DNA of 64,000 nt from Collinsella sp. (GTDB lineage Bacteria > Actinomycetota > Coriobacteriia > Coriobacteriales > Coriobacteriaceae), in NCBI GenBank assembly GCA_048430825.1, contig DBFOLV010000053.1, forward strand, positions 1,403 to 65,402, written 5' to 3'. The translations under genes and the position numbers were made by a program. The notes below the pieces were generated by a model. That model ran no database searches and was not told where the DNA came from. It saw only the letters and a list, made by a program, of their open reading frames with translations. Shown here piece after piece: positions 1 to 8,581 of the stretch. Every line of letters begins with the position of its first letter. The first letter of the stretch is position 1.

Positions 1-875
1 ATACCGAGCATGACCAGGCCGACGATGGCGGTAGAGCACAGCGGATACAGAAAGATTGCCTTCAGGCCATTAAGGCTCGCGGGAATTTTAGAGAAAACCT
101 TCTCGAGCAGCAGGATGACATAGCCGGCGAGGAAGCCGCCGACGATGCCGCCCAGGAAGCCGAAGCCCACGCCGGCGCCACCGGCGTCGATCATGCCGGT
201 CTCGGCGTTAACAGGCAGGCCCTGGATGGCAATCATACCGGCAACGAAACCGGGGACGAGCGCCGGGCGCTTGCCGATGGATTCGGCGATGTAGGCGGAA
301 AGCACCGGAACCATAAGGTTCATGGCGATGCCGCCGATGATCTTGAGCATCGCAGCAAAGCTGTTGTAGTCGGCAGCCGTCGAATCAAAGGACGTGATGC
401 CCCACAGGAACGAAATGGCGGTCAGAACACCACCGGCAACGACGAAGACCAGCATGTGGCTGACGCCGTTCATGAGGTGCTTGTAGATGACGTGGCCGAT
501 GGACTCCTTCTCCTCGACCTCGTCCTCGACATCGGCGGCGGCGGCAACCGTGTCGTCGCCCTTGGCGGCGAGCGCGCGGTCGATCAGCTTACCAGCAGCC
601 TCGACAGACAGGGCCTTGGAAACACCAACGGAAACCATGGGCTTACCGGCGAAACGCTCAGCCTGGACATCCTTATCGGCTGCGACGACGACGGCCTTGG
701 CACCGGCGATCTCGCTCTTGGTGAGCTCGTTCTCGACACCGACCTGGCCATGAGTCTCGACCTTAATGGTCAGACCGCGCTCGGCAGCTGCCTTCTCCAG
801 CGCCTCCTTCGCCATGAAGGTGTGCGCAATGCCGGTCGGGCAACCGGTCGCGGCGATGATGTCAAACTTAGCCAT
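1..875 (-). CDS. PTS fructose-family EIIBC component, runs off the left edge of the window
   Basis: Not in the ORF track. ATG at 875 after an AAGGAGGG SD. Reads MAKFDIIAATGCPTGIAHTFMAKEALEKAA (EIIB-Fru CPTGIAHT motif), later HLMNGVSHML and PGFVAG (EIIC-Fru). Confidence 0.93.
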   Translation of the reverse strand, partial: MAKFDIIAATGCPTGIAHTFMAKEALEKAAAERGLTIKVETHGQVGVENELTKSEIAGAKAVVVAADKDVQAERFAGKPMVSVGVSKALSVEAAGKLIDRALAAKGDDTVAAAADVEDEVEEKESIGHVIYKHLMNGVSHMLVFVVAGGVLTAISFLWGITSFDSTAADYNSFAAMLKIIGGIAMNLMVPVLSAYIAESIGKRPALVPGFVAGMIAIQGLPVNAETGMIDAGGAGVGFGFLGGIVGGFLAGYVILLLEKVFSKIPASLNGLKAIFLYPLCSTAIVGLVMLG

Positions 876-948
876 GTGTCCCTCCTTCTTGAGTACAGCG
901 CCCGCGGGCGCTCCCCTACACGCGCTTCGATGCGCGTTTTTCCACAAC

Positions 949-1047
949 TGAAAGATACCAACCTACCGTCCGCGTGAGAAGAGACAAGGCGCAATTCTCC
1001 GGTGAAAGGTTCTTTCATAACCGTAAACGGCAAGTGAAAGTTTACCA
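949..1047. promoter_or_regulatory. Repeated TGAAAG-core motifs, candidate RpiR operators
   Basis: TGAAAGATACCA (949-960), palindrome TGAAAG-gtt-CTTTCA (1003-1017) and TGAAAGTTTACCA (1035-1047) between the divergent PTS and RpiR genes. Confidence 0.5.
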
Positions 1048-1147
1048 TCAACACTTGAAACGGCAAGGTGTATCTTGTAATTGAAAATGCCCGTATACTA
1101 TGGCATTGCAAATCAAGTTAGATTTTCATGCCAACCAGGAGCCATCC

Positions 1148-2005
1148 ATGACCGATAGTAGCAAAAGCGCACTTTCCCTCATTAGTACCCACCAGGGATA
1201 CAGCGAGTCCGAGCAGCGCATTGTCGACTATATATTGGAGCACCAGTCCGAGGCGCCACGCCTCACGGCGGCTCAGCTCTCGCGCGCTGCCGCCACGTCC
1301 GAGGCGACCGTTTCGCGTTTCTGCCGCAAGCTGGGCTTTGGCAGCTTCCGCAGCTTTCAGTTTTCGTTGGCGCGCGACTTAGAGAGTCAGCGCAACGAGG
1401 GCCTGACCGACGAGGTCTCGCTCGACAACATGGAGCAGAGCCTTAAAAATATCCTCGCCGCCAAGGTGAGTGAGCTTAATGCGACCATCGACGGCATTGA
1501 TCACGACACGTTGGCCGCAGTTGTACACGCGCTTAAGAATGCCGGCGTTATTGAGTTTGCGGCCGTAGGCAACACCAACGCCGTCGCGCTCGACGCGACG
1601 TTCAAGTTCTCGCAGCTGGGCCTTCGTTGCATGGCAAGCACCATCAGCGAGACCTCGATTGGTTTTGCGCTCACGCTGCGCCCCGGTGACGTTATCGTGC
1701 TGATCTCAAACTCCGGCAAGTCGCGCCGTCTGAATCGCATGGCAAAAGCGGCTCGCGACTGCGGCGCAACCGTAGTCGTCATCAGCAGCGACAGCAAATC
1801 CCCGCTCGCGCGCCTGGCAGACTACACCTTTAATACCGTCAACCACGAAGCACTACTGACAACGGGCGACTTCGCGTTCTCCAAGATGAGCGCCACGATG
1901 ATCATCGAAGTCATCTACAACTTCCTGCTGCCCGAGATTGAAGACGCTCGCGAGCATATCAGCTACTACGAGGAGCTCATCCAGCCGGACAAGGTCGTTG
2001 AGTAA
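1148..2005 (+). CDS. RpiR/MurR family transcriptional regulator (HTH + SIS)
   Basis: SEATVSRFCRKLGFGSF HTH and ISNSGKS SIS motif; AGGAG SD before ATG 1148. Confidence 0.93.
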   Translation: MTDSSKSALSLISTHQGYSESEQRIVDYILEHQSEAPRLTAAQLSRAAATSEATVSRFCRKLGFGSFRSFQFSLARDLESQRNEGLTDEVSLDNMEQSLKNILAAKVSELNATIDGIDHDTLAAVVHALKNAGVIEFAAVGNTNAVALDATFKFSQLGLRCMASTISETSIGFALTLRPGDVIVLISNSGKSRRLNRMAKAARDCGATVVVISSDSKSPLARLADYTFNTVNHEALLTTGDFAFSKMSATMIIEVIYNFLLPEIEDAREHISYYEELIQPDKVVE

Positions 2006-2013
2006 AACGCGTA

Positions 2014-2046
2014 GTGGGACAAAAATTTCAGTCTATTTTGTCCCAC
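2014..2046. repeat. 11-bp inverted repeat between convergent genes (terminator or REP-like)
   Basis: GTGGGACAAAA (2014-2024) pairs with TTTTGTCCCAC (2036-2046). Confidence 0.7.
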
Positions 2047-2064
2047 CAACACCGCTATTACGAC

Positions 2065-3693
2065 CTAACCTCGAGCTTCTTCGAGCATCTGCTTTGCGTG
2101 GGCCAAGCTTGCCTCGGACTGATCGCCGCTCAACATTCGGGCGATCTCGGCGGTACGCGCTTCGCCGATTACCTCGTCCAAATGCGTCTGGGGAACATCG
2201 CCCGGTTCCTTGCTGACGACATAATGCTTGTCAGCCATGACGGCGACCTGCGCCAAGTGGGTTACGACAATCACCTGATGCGTAGCGGCGAGATCTGCCA
2301 GCACGCCCGCGAGCGCACGCGCCGTGGAGCCACCGACACCAGCATCGACCTCGTCAAACACCAGCGTATCAACACCGTCCGCGTTACCGAGGACGACCTT
2401 GCTTGCCAGCATGACGCGGCTGAGCTCGCCGCCCGACGCAATGCGGCGCAGGGGGCGCGGCGTCAAACCGGCACCGCTGCGGTATAGCAGCTCGTAGCTC
2501 GAAGGACCAGCGGGCGTCCACTCAGCACGGGGAAGATCGCGCGACTCCCAGACGAGCTCGGCGCCACCCATCTCCAAGCGAGCCATCTGGCGGCCGACCT
2601 CGTGACAGAAGCGCGGGGCCGCCGTATTGCGAGCGCGCTTAAGCGCCTTGGCGGCAGCAAACAGTTCGCGCTCCGCCGCGCCAAGCGCTTCACGCGCCTT
2701 TTTGATCTGTTCATCGCCATCATCGACCAGGGACAGCAGCTCTTGCGAGCGATCGCGCATGGCAAAGACATCGTCCATGGTGGGACCCCACTGACGCAAC
2801 AGGCCCTTGAGGTCGGAATACCGCTCACGCATGCGTGCGAGCTCGCGCGGGTCGAAGGCGACGCCATCGCGATAGGAACGAAGCTCGTTCGCGCAATCCT
2901 CAAGGGAGATACAGGCATCCGAAAGTGCATCGGCAATGTCACCCAGTTTGCGATCGACGGTAGCCATACGGGAAAGTTCTGCCACGGCGCTGTTCACGGC
3001 ATCGAGCGCTCCCCCTTCGGCGGCAAGCGATGCATGGGCATCGTTAGCCGTGGCAACCAGTACCTCGGCATGTTCGGAGCGCGGCAGCAGTTCCTCGAGT
3101 TCCTCATACTCGCCCGGCTTGGGGTCGACCTCGCCGATGCGCTCGAGGGCAAAGCGCGCCTCCTCGACGCGGCTCCCCTGCGCACGCGAGGCCTCTTCGA
3201 CACGTCGAACCTCCTTGGCGGCAGCGCGCGATGCCTTAAAGCAGGCGCGGTACGCATCCAGCGCCTCGAGCGCAGAGCGTCCCGCCCACGCATCGACCAT
3301 CGCAACGTGATGCACCGGATCGAGTAAGCGCTGGTGCTCGTGCTGGCCGCACAGATCCATCATCACACCGACGCGCTCCGAAAGCTCGCGCACACTGGCG
3401 ATGCGGCCGTCAATCTTCACGCGGCTGCGGCCCTCGGCAGAAAGGCTGCGCTGGACCGTGAAGCCCTCCGTGTCGTGCGGCCCGTCAAAGAGTCGCGCCT
3501 CGACGCTCGCCAGCGCCTCACCCTCGCGCACCGTCGAGGAATCCGCGCGCTCGCCCAAAATAAGTTTGAGGGCCGAGAGCAGCGCGGTCTTGCCGGCACC
3601 GGTCTCGCCGGTCAGGACAGTCAGGCCGGCACTCGGCACCAACGTCGCCTCGCGAATGAGTGCAATGTTAGAAACCTGCAGCTCATCGATCAT
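2065..3693 (-). CDS. recN: DNA repair protein RecN
   Basis: LTGETGAGKT Walker A, IASGGELSR signature, LVFDEVDAG Walker B. Confidence 0.96.
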   Translation of the reverse strand: MIDELQVSNIALIREATLVPSAGLTVLTGETGAGKTALLSALKLILGERADSSTVREGEALASVEARLFDGPHDTEGFTVQRSLSAEGRSRVKIDGRIASVRELSERVGVMMDLCGQHEHQRLLDPVHHVAMVDAWAGRSALEALDAYRACFKASRAAAKEVRRVEEASRAQGSRVEEARFALERIGEVDPKPGEYEELEELLPRSEHAEVLVATANDAHASLAAEGGALDAVNSAVAELSRMATVDRKLGDIADALSDACISLEDCANELRSYRDGVAFDPRELARMRERYSDLKGLLRQWGPTMDDVFAMRDRSQELLSLVDDGDEQIKKAREALGAAERELFAAAKALKRARNTAAPRFCHEVGRQMARLEMGGAELVWESRDLPRAEWTPAGPSSYELLYRSGAGLTPRPLRRIASGGELSRVMLASKVVLGNADGVDTLVFDEVDAGVGGSTARALAGVLADLAATHQVIVVTHLAQVAVMADKHYVVSKEPGDVPQTHLDEVIGEARTAEIARMLSGDQSEASLAHAKQMLEEARG

Positions 3694-4543
3694 GACGCAC
3701 TCCGTAGAACACACGGCTCACCGAGTTATAGAAGCTCTCGGGGCCGTAATCCAGCAGCAGCACATCACCGGGACCGCGACGCACAGCCACGCTCTCGACC
3801 GTGCCATCGCAGGTAATAAACTGTCCATCGATGGCGATCGCCGGCACGCTCGGGCGATCATCGGACATAAAGATTTCGACGACATCACTCGGCGAAGTCA
3901 AGAAGGCACGGGCCTGAATGGTGTGCGGCGCAATGGGTACGCAGACCATGCCCGTATAGTCGGGGCTCACGATGGGGCCACCGGCACTGAGCGCGTAACC
4001 CGTAGAACCAGTCGCCGTGGACACGACCACGCCGTCACCACGCAGTCGATCGATATGATGGCCCGACACCGTGATGTCAAACTCGACCATATCGGACAGG
4101 GGGCCGCGCGTAAGCGCCATGTCGTTGAGGGCGAAGGTGCGCACGACATCCTTCGTACCGTCTTCGCGCACGGACACGATATCCGCGGCGATGGTAGCGC
4201 GACGGCTCACATGCAGCTCGCCGGACAGGGCGTCGCTCACGACCTGCAGAATGTCGCGCTCCTCGGGACTCGCAGCCGTCAAAAAGCCCAGGTGACCATA
4301 GGAAAGACCGAGGATAGGAATCTCGCGATGGTTGAGGATGCGGGCAGCGCGCAGCAACGTACCGTCCCCGCCGAGCGTAATGACCAGATCGGAGTCATCA
4401 ATATCAGGCGTGCTTTGAATCTTCGATCGCTGGTCGGCAGCCCATGCGACTTCATAGCCCTGGCGCGTCAGCCAAAGCTCGAGCATCAGGCCGCTCTCGA
4501 CCGCCTCTTGCTTGTAGTAATTGGGAACCAGAAAGACCTTCAT
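3683..4543 (-). CDS. nadK: NAD kinase
   Basis: GGDGTLLR, GHLGFL and TATGSTGYALSAGGP motifs. Confidence 0.96.
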   Translation of the reverse strand: MKVFLVPNYYKQEAVESGLMLELWLTRQGYEVAWAADQRSKIQSTPDIDDSDLVITLGGDGTLLRAARILNHREIPILGLSYGHLGFLTAASPEERDILQVVSDALSGELHVSRRATIAADIVSVREDGTKDVVRTFALNDMALTRGPLSDMVEFDITVSGHHIDRLRGDGVVVSTATGSTGYALSAGGPIVSPDYTGMVCVPIAPHTIQARAFLTSPSDVVEIFMSDDRPSVPAIAIDGQFITCDGTVESVAVRRGPGDVLLLDYGPESFYNSVSRVFYGVRHDR

Positions 4544-5343
4544 AGCGTTGCAGCTTTCTCGCTCAAAACCGATACCTGGGATTGCAGCTCGTCTTGCGAG
4601 CGGTCGCCGGGTTCAAATCTCGTGCCGTACACGAAAAACTCAACGTTGCCCTTGGCACCATGAATGGGTGACACGCACACATCGACCGGGAACAGGCCCT
4701 TGGCAGCAAAGAGTTCAACCGCCGCCACGAGTGTATCGCGGCGCACGGCGGGCTCGGTCACAATGCCGCCCTCGCCCACCAGCGCCGCCGGAGCCTCAAA
4801 CTGCGGCTTTACGAGCGTGCAGAATGCACCCGTAGGAGCCAGGCACGCCAGTACCGCATCGATAATGTTCGCGATGCTGGTAAACGAGACATCACACACA
4901 GCCAGGTCGATGGCGCCGGCATAGCCAAGCTCAGGCAGCTGCGTCACGTTTGTGCGCTCATGCAGCGTCACGCGATCGTCCTGACGCAACGACCAATCGA
5001 ACTGGGCGCGACCCACGTCCACCGAGACAACGGTCGCAGCTCCGCGCTTGAGCAGGCAATCGGTAAAGCCGCCGGTAGAGCAGCCCACATCCAGACAGGC
5101 AAGGCCCGTCGGATTGATACCAAACGCATCAAGCGCGCCTTCGAGCTTAAGACCGCCGCGGCCAACATATGGAATGCGCCCCTTCATGTGCAACGGCAGA
5201 CCCGGGGTCACCTTAAGGCCCGGCGAAGTCAAGCGCTCGCCGCCACTCGAGACCAAGCCGGCCATAAGAGTGCGAAGGGCATCCGCGCGATCGGCGCAGA
5301 TGCCCTGTGAAATCAGTTCGTCATCAAGACGCACGCGTTTCAT
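4540..5343 (-). CDS. tlyA: TlyA rRNA 2'-O-methyltransferase (start uncertain, 5343-5355)
   Basis: YVGRGGLKL, LDVGCSTGGFTD, LVKPQFE and GNVEF motifs. Confidence 0.94.
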   Translation of the reverse strand: MKRVRLDDELISQGICADRADALRTLMAGLVSSGGERLTSPGLKVTPGLPLHMKGRIPYVGRGGLKLEGALDAFGINPTGLACLDVGCSTGGFTDCLLKRGAATVVSVDVGRAQFDWSLRQDDRVTLHERTNVTQLPELGYAGAIDLAVCDVSFTSIANIIDAVLACLAPTGAFCTLVKPQFEAPAALVGEGGIVTEPAVRRDTLVAAVELFAAKGLFPVDVCVSPIHGAKGNVEFFVYGTRFEPGDRSQDELQSQVSVLSEKAATL

Positions 5344-5378
5344 GAATGCCATCAACCATTCGTATCCGGAGATGCGGC

Positions 5379-5618
5379 CTAGCTATCCTGGGATTCGTTT
5401 GCTGCATCCTCATCATATTCCTGCTCGAGCTTGTCGGCTTCTCGTGGCGTCAGCTCAAACTTGTCGACCATATCGACCGCACGGGAGCCCAGCTCAATCG
5501 CTTCGTCAAACAGATCGAGTGAACGCTCCAAGGACGTATCCTTGGAGCGAACGGTAGCGATTATCTGGTCCAGACGGTCCGAGATCTCGTCGAAGTTGCG
5601 GACGGAACCCTCTGGCAT
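5379..5618 (-). CDS. xseB: Exodeoxyribonuclease VII small subunit
   Basis: 79 aa, FDEISDRLDQII...SLERSLDLFDEAIEL pattern; lies between nusB and tlyA. Confidence 0.85.
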   Translation of the reverse strand: MPEGSVRNFDEISDRLDQIIATVRSKDTSLERSLDLFDEAIELGSRAVDMVDKFELTPREADKLEQEYDEDAANESQDS

Positions 5619-5620
5619 GG

Positions 5621-6205
5621 CTACTCCTCGACGGAGTCGACAACAGCCTCGGCGGCGTCCGCATCCTCGGCCAGCACGCCAGCCTCAGCCTGGGCAACCG
5701 CAACCTTGGCGGCAGCCTCGGCAGCCTGTGCCTCCTCACGAGCGCGATCTTCGGCCAGCAGCTCTTGATACAGGTCCTCGCCCGGCAGCTCCTCGCTGCG
5801 AGCGATCTTGCCCAGCACACCGTTGACGAACGACGCGGACTGGTCGGTGCCATAGGCCTTGGCAAGCTCGACGGCCTCGTTGATTACGATGGCGTCCGAG
5901 ACCTCCTCGTCGGTGAGGAAACGCATCTCGTAAACGGCGATACGCAGCAGATTGCGGTCGGCGCCGGGCATGCGCATAAGATCCCAGTTCTTGGCAACGG
6001 AGCGCAGAGCGCAGTCGATGCGATCGATATGCTCATAGGCACCGCGGCACAGCTCCAGCGCATAGGGATCGAGGGGACCCTTCGAGATCAGGAAATCACC
6101 CTCGAGGACGCGCTCGAGCGGGCTGTCCGTGGCCTCGGCCTGGAACAGCAGCTGCAGCGCCTGACTGCGGGCAAGCGTACGCCCGCGATAAACCTTAAGG
6201 CTCAA
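5621..6205 (-). CDS. nusB: Transcription antitermination factor NusB
   Basis: ARSQALQLLFQ, DRNLLRIAVYEM, INEAVELAKAYG...FVNGVL. Confidence 0.95.
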   Translation of the reverse strand: MSLKVYRGRTLARSQALQLLFQAEATDSPLERVLEGDFLISKGPLDPYALELCRGAYEHIDRIDCALRSVAKNWDLMRMPGADRNLLRIAVYEMRFLTDEEVSDAIVINEAVELAKAYGTDQSASFVNGVLGKIARSEELPGEDLYQELLAEDRAREEAQAAEAAAKVAVAQAEAGVLAEDADAAEAVVDSVEE

Positions 6206-6208
6206 AGG

Positions 6209-6571
6209 TTACTCCTTGGGGAAAACGAGACCGTCGATGCAAACGTCAACGCGCTCGACCTCGACGCCCACCTGAGCATCGATGGCGGCGACCACGGCGG
6301 CGCGAACGGCCTCGGCGAGTTTCTTGAACGGATAGCCAAAGAACACCACGACACGCACGGTGAGTGCGAGCTTGTCGCCAACGACCTCGGCCTCGACCGC
6401 CGGCTCGGAAGCCGGGGCCTTGGACGAAAGCATCATGGAGACAAGGTTGGTGGCAAGGTCCTTGACGCCAACGGAGGCGATGCCCTCGACATCCGACACG
6501 GCGCGCGAGACGATGGCGGTCAGAACATCGGGCGAAATGCCGATGCCGTCAATCTTGATTTCCTGGGGCAT
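6209..6571 (-). CDS. Asp23/Gls24 family protein
   Basis: ISPDVLTAIV...VDVCIDG pattern; typical efp-asp23-nusB position. Confidence 0.88.
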   Translation of the reverse strand: MPQEIKIDGIGISPDVLTAIVSRAVSDVEGIASVGVKDLATNLVSMMLSSKAPASEPAVEAEVVGDKLALTVRVVVFFGYPFKKLAEAVRAAVVAAIDAQVGVEVERVDVCIDGLVFPKE

Positions 6572-6595
6572 GAGTCCTCCTAGAAGAGTTGGTTG

Positions 6596-7159
6596 CTAGA
6601 CGCGGGAGACGAACTTGCCGTCGCGGGTGTCAACCTTGATGACCTCACCCTCGTTGAGGTACATGGGGACCTGGATGACAGCGCCGGTGTCGATCGTGGC
6701 CGGCTTGGTGGAACCCTGGACGGTGTCGCCCTTAAAGCCCGGGTCGGTCTGGACGATGGTGGTCTCGATGAACATCGGCGGGGTCACGCCCATAAGCTCA
6801 TCGTCGGCGAAGAGCAGCTGGCAGATGTCGTTCTCGCGCAGCCACTTGGAGTTCTCGCCCACCATGTCCTCGGGAACGGGAACCTGCTCATAGGACTCGT
6901 TGTCCATGAAGATGTAGTCGGTGCCATCGTTGTAGAGGTACTGGAACTCACGGGTGGTGAGCATGACGCTCTCGAACTTGGTGCCGGCGTTGCAGGTGTT
7001 CTCGACGACGCGGCCGCTCTTGATGTCGCGGGTCTTGTAGCGCACAAACGCGCCGCCCTTGCCCGGCTTGACATGCTGGAACTCGACGATGGTGTAGACC
7101 TTGTCCTTGATGCGGAGACCGAGGCCGTTCTTGAAGTCGGCGGTAGAAATGGTAGGCAT
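6596..7159 (-). CDS. efp: Elongation factor P
   Basis: HVKPGKGGAFVR, DPGFKGDT, IKVDTRDG. Confidence 0.98.
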   Translation of the reverse strand: MPTISTADFKNGLGLRIKDKVYTIVEFQHVKPGKGGAFVRYKTRDIKSGRVVENTCNAGTKFESVMLTTREFQYLYNDGTDYIFMDNESYEQVPVPEDMVGENSKWLRENDICQLLFADDELMGVTPPMFIETTIVQTDPGFKGDTVQGSTKPATIDTGAVIQVPMYLNEGEVIKVDTRDGKFVSRV

Positions 7160-7252
7160 AGCGACCTTTCTTGTTATGGGCAGAACGCACAAGCGTCCAA
7201 ATTACATACGACCGAAATTATACACTTGCAGACGGCGCCTGCAGCGAGCGCA

Positions 7253-7296
7253 TAAAAAGAGAACGCGGGGCGTCCGAATTGCTCCGGACGCCCCGC
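7253..7296 (-). terminator. Probable intrinsic terminator downstream of pepQ
   Basis: GCGGGGCGTCCG / CGGACGCCCCGC 12-bp stem followed by a T-rich tract on the minus strand. Confidence 0.65.
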
Positions 7297-7318
7297 CCCA
7301 AAAATCTATCGAAATGGT

Positions 7319-8449
7319 CTAGCAATCGATGACGTACAGGTCGTGCGGGGTCTTGGTGAAGGGCTCATATCCGTTCTCGGTGACGACGCCGTAGTCCTCC
7401 AGGCGCACGCCGCCCACACCGGGCAGGTAGACGCCGGGCTCCATGGTAATAACCGAGCCGACCTCAATGATGTTCTTGCTACGGTTGAAGTTGGGCAGCT
7501 CGTGAATGTCGATGCCCACGCCGTGGCCCAAACCATGGTTGTAGTAATCGCCATAGCCGGCATCGCCGATGATCTTCTTGGAGAGCTTGAAGATGTCGTT
7601 GCCCTCGACGCCCGGATGAATGGCGGCGACGCACTCCTCGTGCGTACGGCGCACGAGCGCGTACAGGTCAAGCTGCTCCTGCGTGGGCTCGCCCATCACA
7701 ACAGTGCGTGTCATGTCGGAGCGGTAATCACAGTAGCCCGCGCCGTAGTCCATCAGGACGAAGTCGCCCTTCTCGATCACGCGATCGCTCGGCACGGCAT
7801 GCGGGTTGGCGGTGTTGGGACCGCTCGCCACGATGGAGCCAAAAGCCAAGCTGTCGGCGCCGTTGGCGAACATAAAGTTCTCGAGCTCGTTGCGAACCTG
7901 CTTCTCGGTCATGCCGGGCTTAATAAAGACGAGCATGTGCTGGAAGGCGGCGTCGGTGATCGACTGCGCATGGCGCATGAGCTCAATCTCCTCGGCGTCC
8001 TTGATGGCGCGCATCTTACGGATGTCGTCATGCATCAGCGGCAGCATGCAGGCGACGGAACGATCCTCCAGGCCACGTTGGATGCCCTGGTAGAAGTTAA
8101 TCTGCATGTCATCCTCGACAGCGCAGACGCGGCACCTATTGGCCGCGATCTTGCCGGCGACCCAGCCGGGAATGGTGCCCTCGTCCATGTCGTAGACCCA
8201 GGGGCTGCCGGCGGGCGTGTTCTCCTCAAAGCTGTTGAGGTAGCGCGAGTCGGTGTGGAACAGGCACTGGTCAGCCGTAATAAACGCAGCGTGCGGGAAC
8301 TCGAAGGTGTAGTCGAAGACGCCCTTCACGCCCGTAAGCCAACGAAGGTTGGCCTCGTCGCGCACCACGATGGCGTCGTAGCCACGCTCGGCCATCAGGG
8401 CACGGACACGCTCGATACGACCGGCAGGACCGGCAGCAAACTCAGACAT
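7319..8449 (-). CDS. Xaa-Pro aminopeptidase (M24B)
   Basis: MDYGA..YRSDMTRT, HGLGHGVGIDIHE, TMEPGVY and GVRLED metal-binding motifs. Confidence 0.94.
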   Translation of the reverse strand: MSEFAAGPAGRIERVRALMAERGYDAIVVRDEANLRWLTGVKGVFDYTFEFPHAAFITADQCLFHTDSRYLNSFEENTPAGSPWVYDMDEGTIPGWVAGKIAANRCRVCAVEDDMQINFYQGIQRGLEDRSVACMLPLMHDDIRKMRAIKDAEEIELMRHAQSITDAAFQHMLVFIKPGMTEKQVRNELENFMFANGADSLAFGSIVASGPNTANPHAVPSDRVIEKGDFVLMDYGAGYCDYRSDMTRTVVMGEPTQEQLDLYALVRRTHEECVAAIHPGVEGNDIFKLSKKIIGDAGYGDYYNHGLGHGVGIDIHELPNFNRSKNIIEVGSVITMEPGVYLPGVGGVRLEDYGVVTENGYEPFTKTPHDLYVIDC

Positions 8450-8581
8450 GCAGATTCCTTTCTTGTTGTCTCTATATAGACGGAACGGGTCTCAACCGAA
8501 CGACGGAATCGCATGCGATCCGCAACCGATTGAAAACCCGCCCCTCAACATGATACGAAAGACGATGGAAGTCAATAAATC

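Noticed and set aside
456..977. 173-aa plus-strand ORF
   Set aside because: Mostly antisense to the PTS EIIBC gene, which the track missed because it runs off the window.
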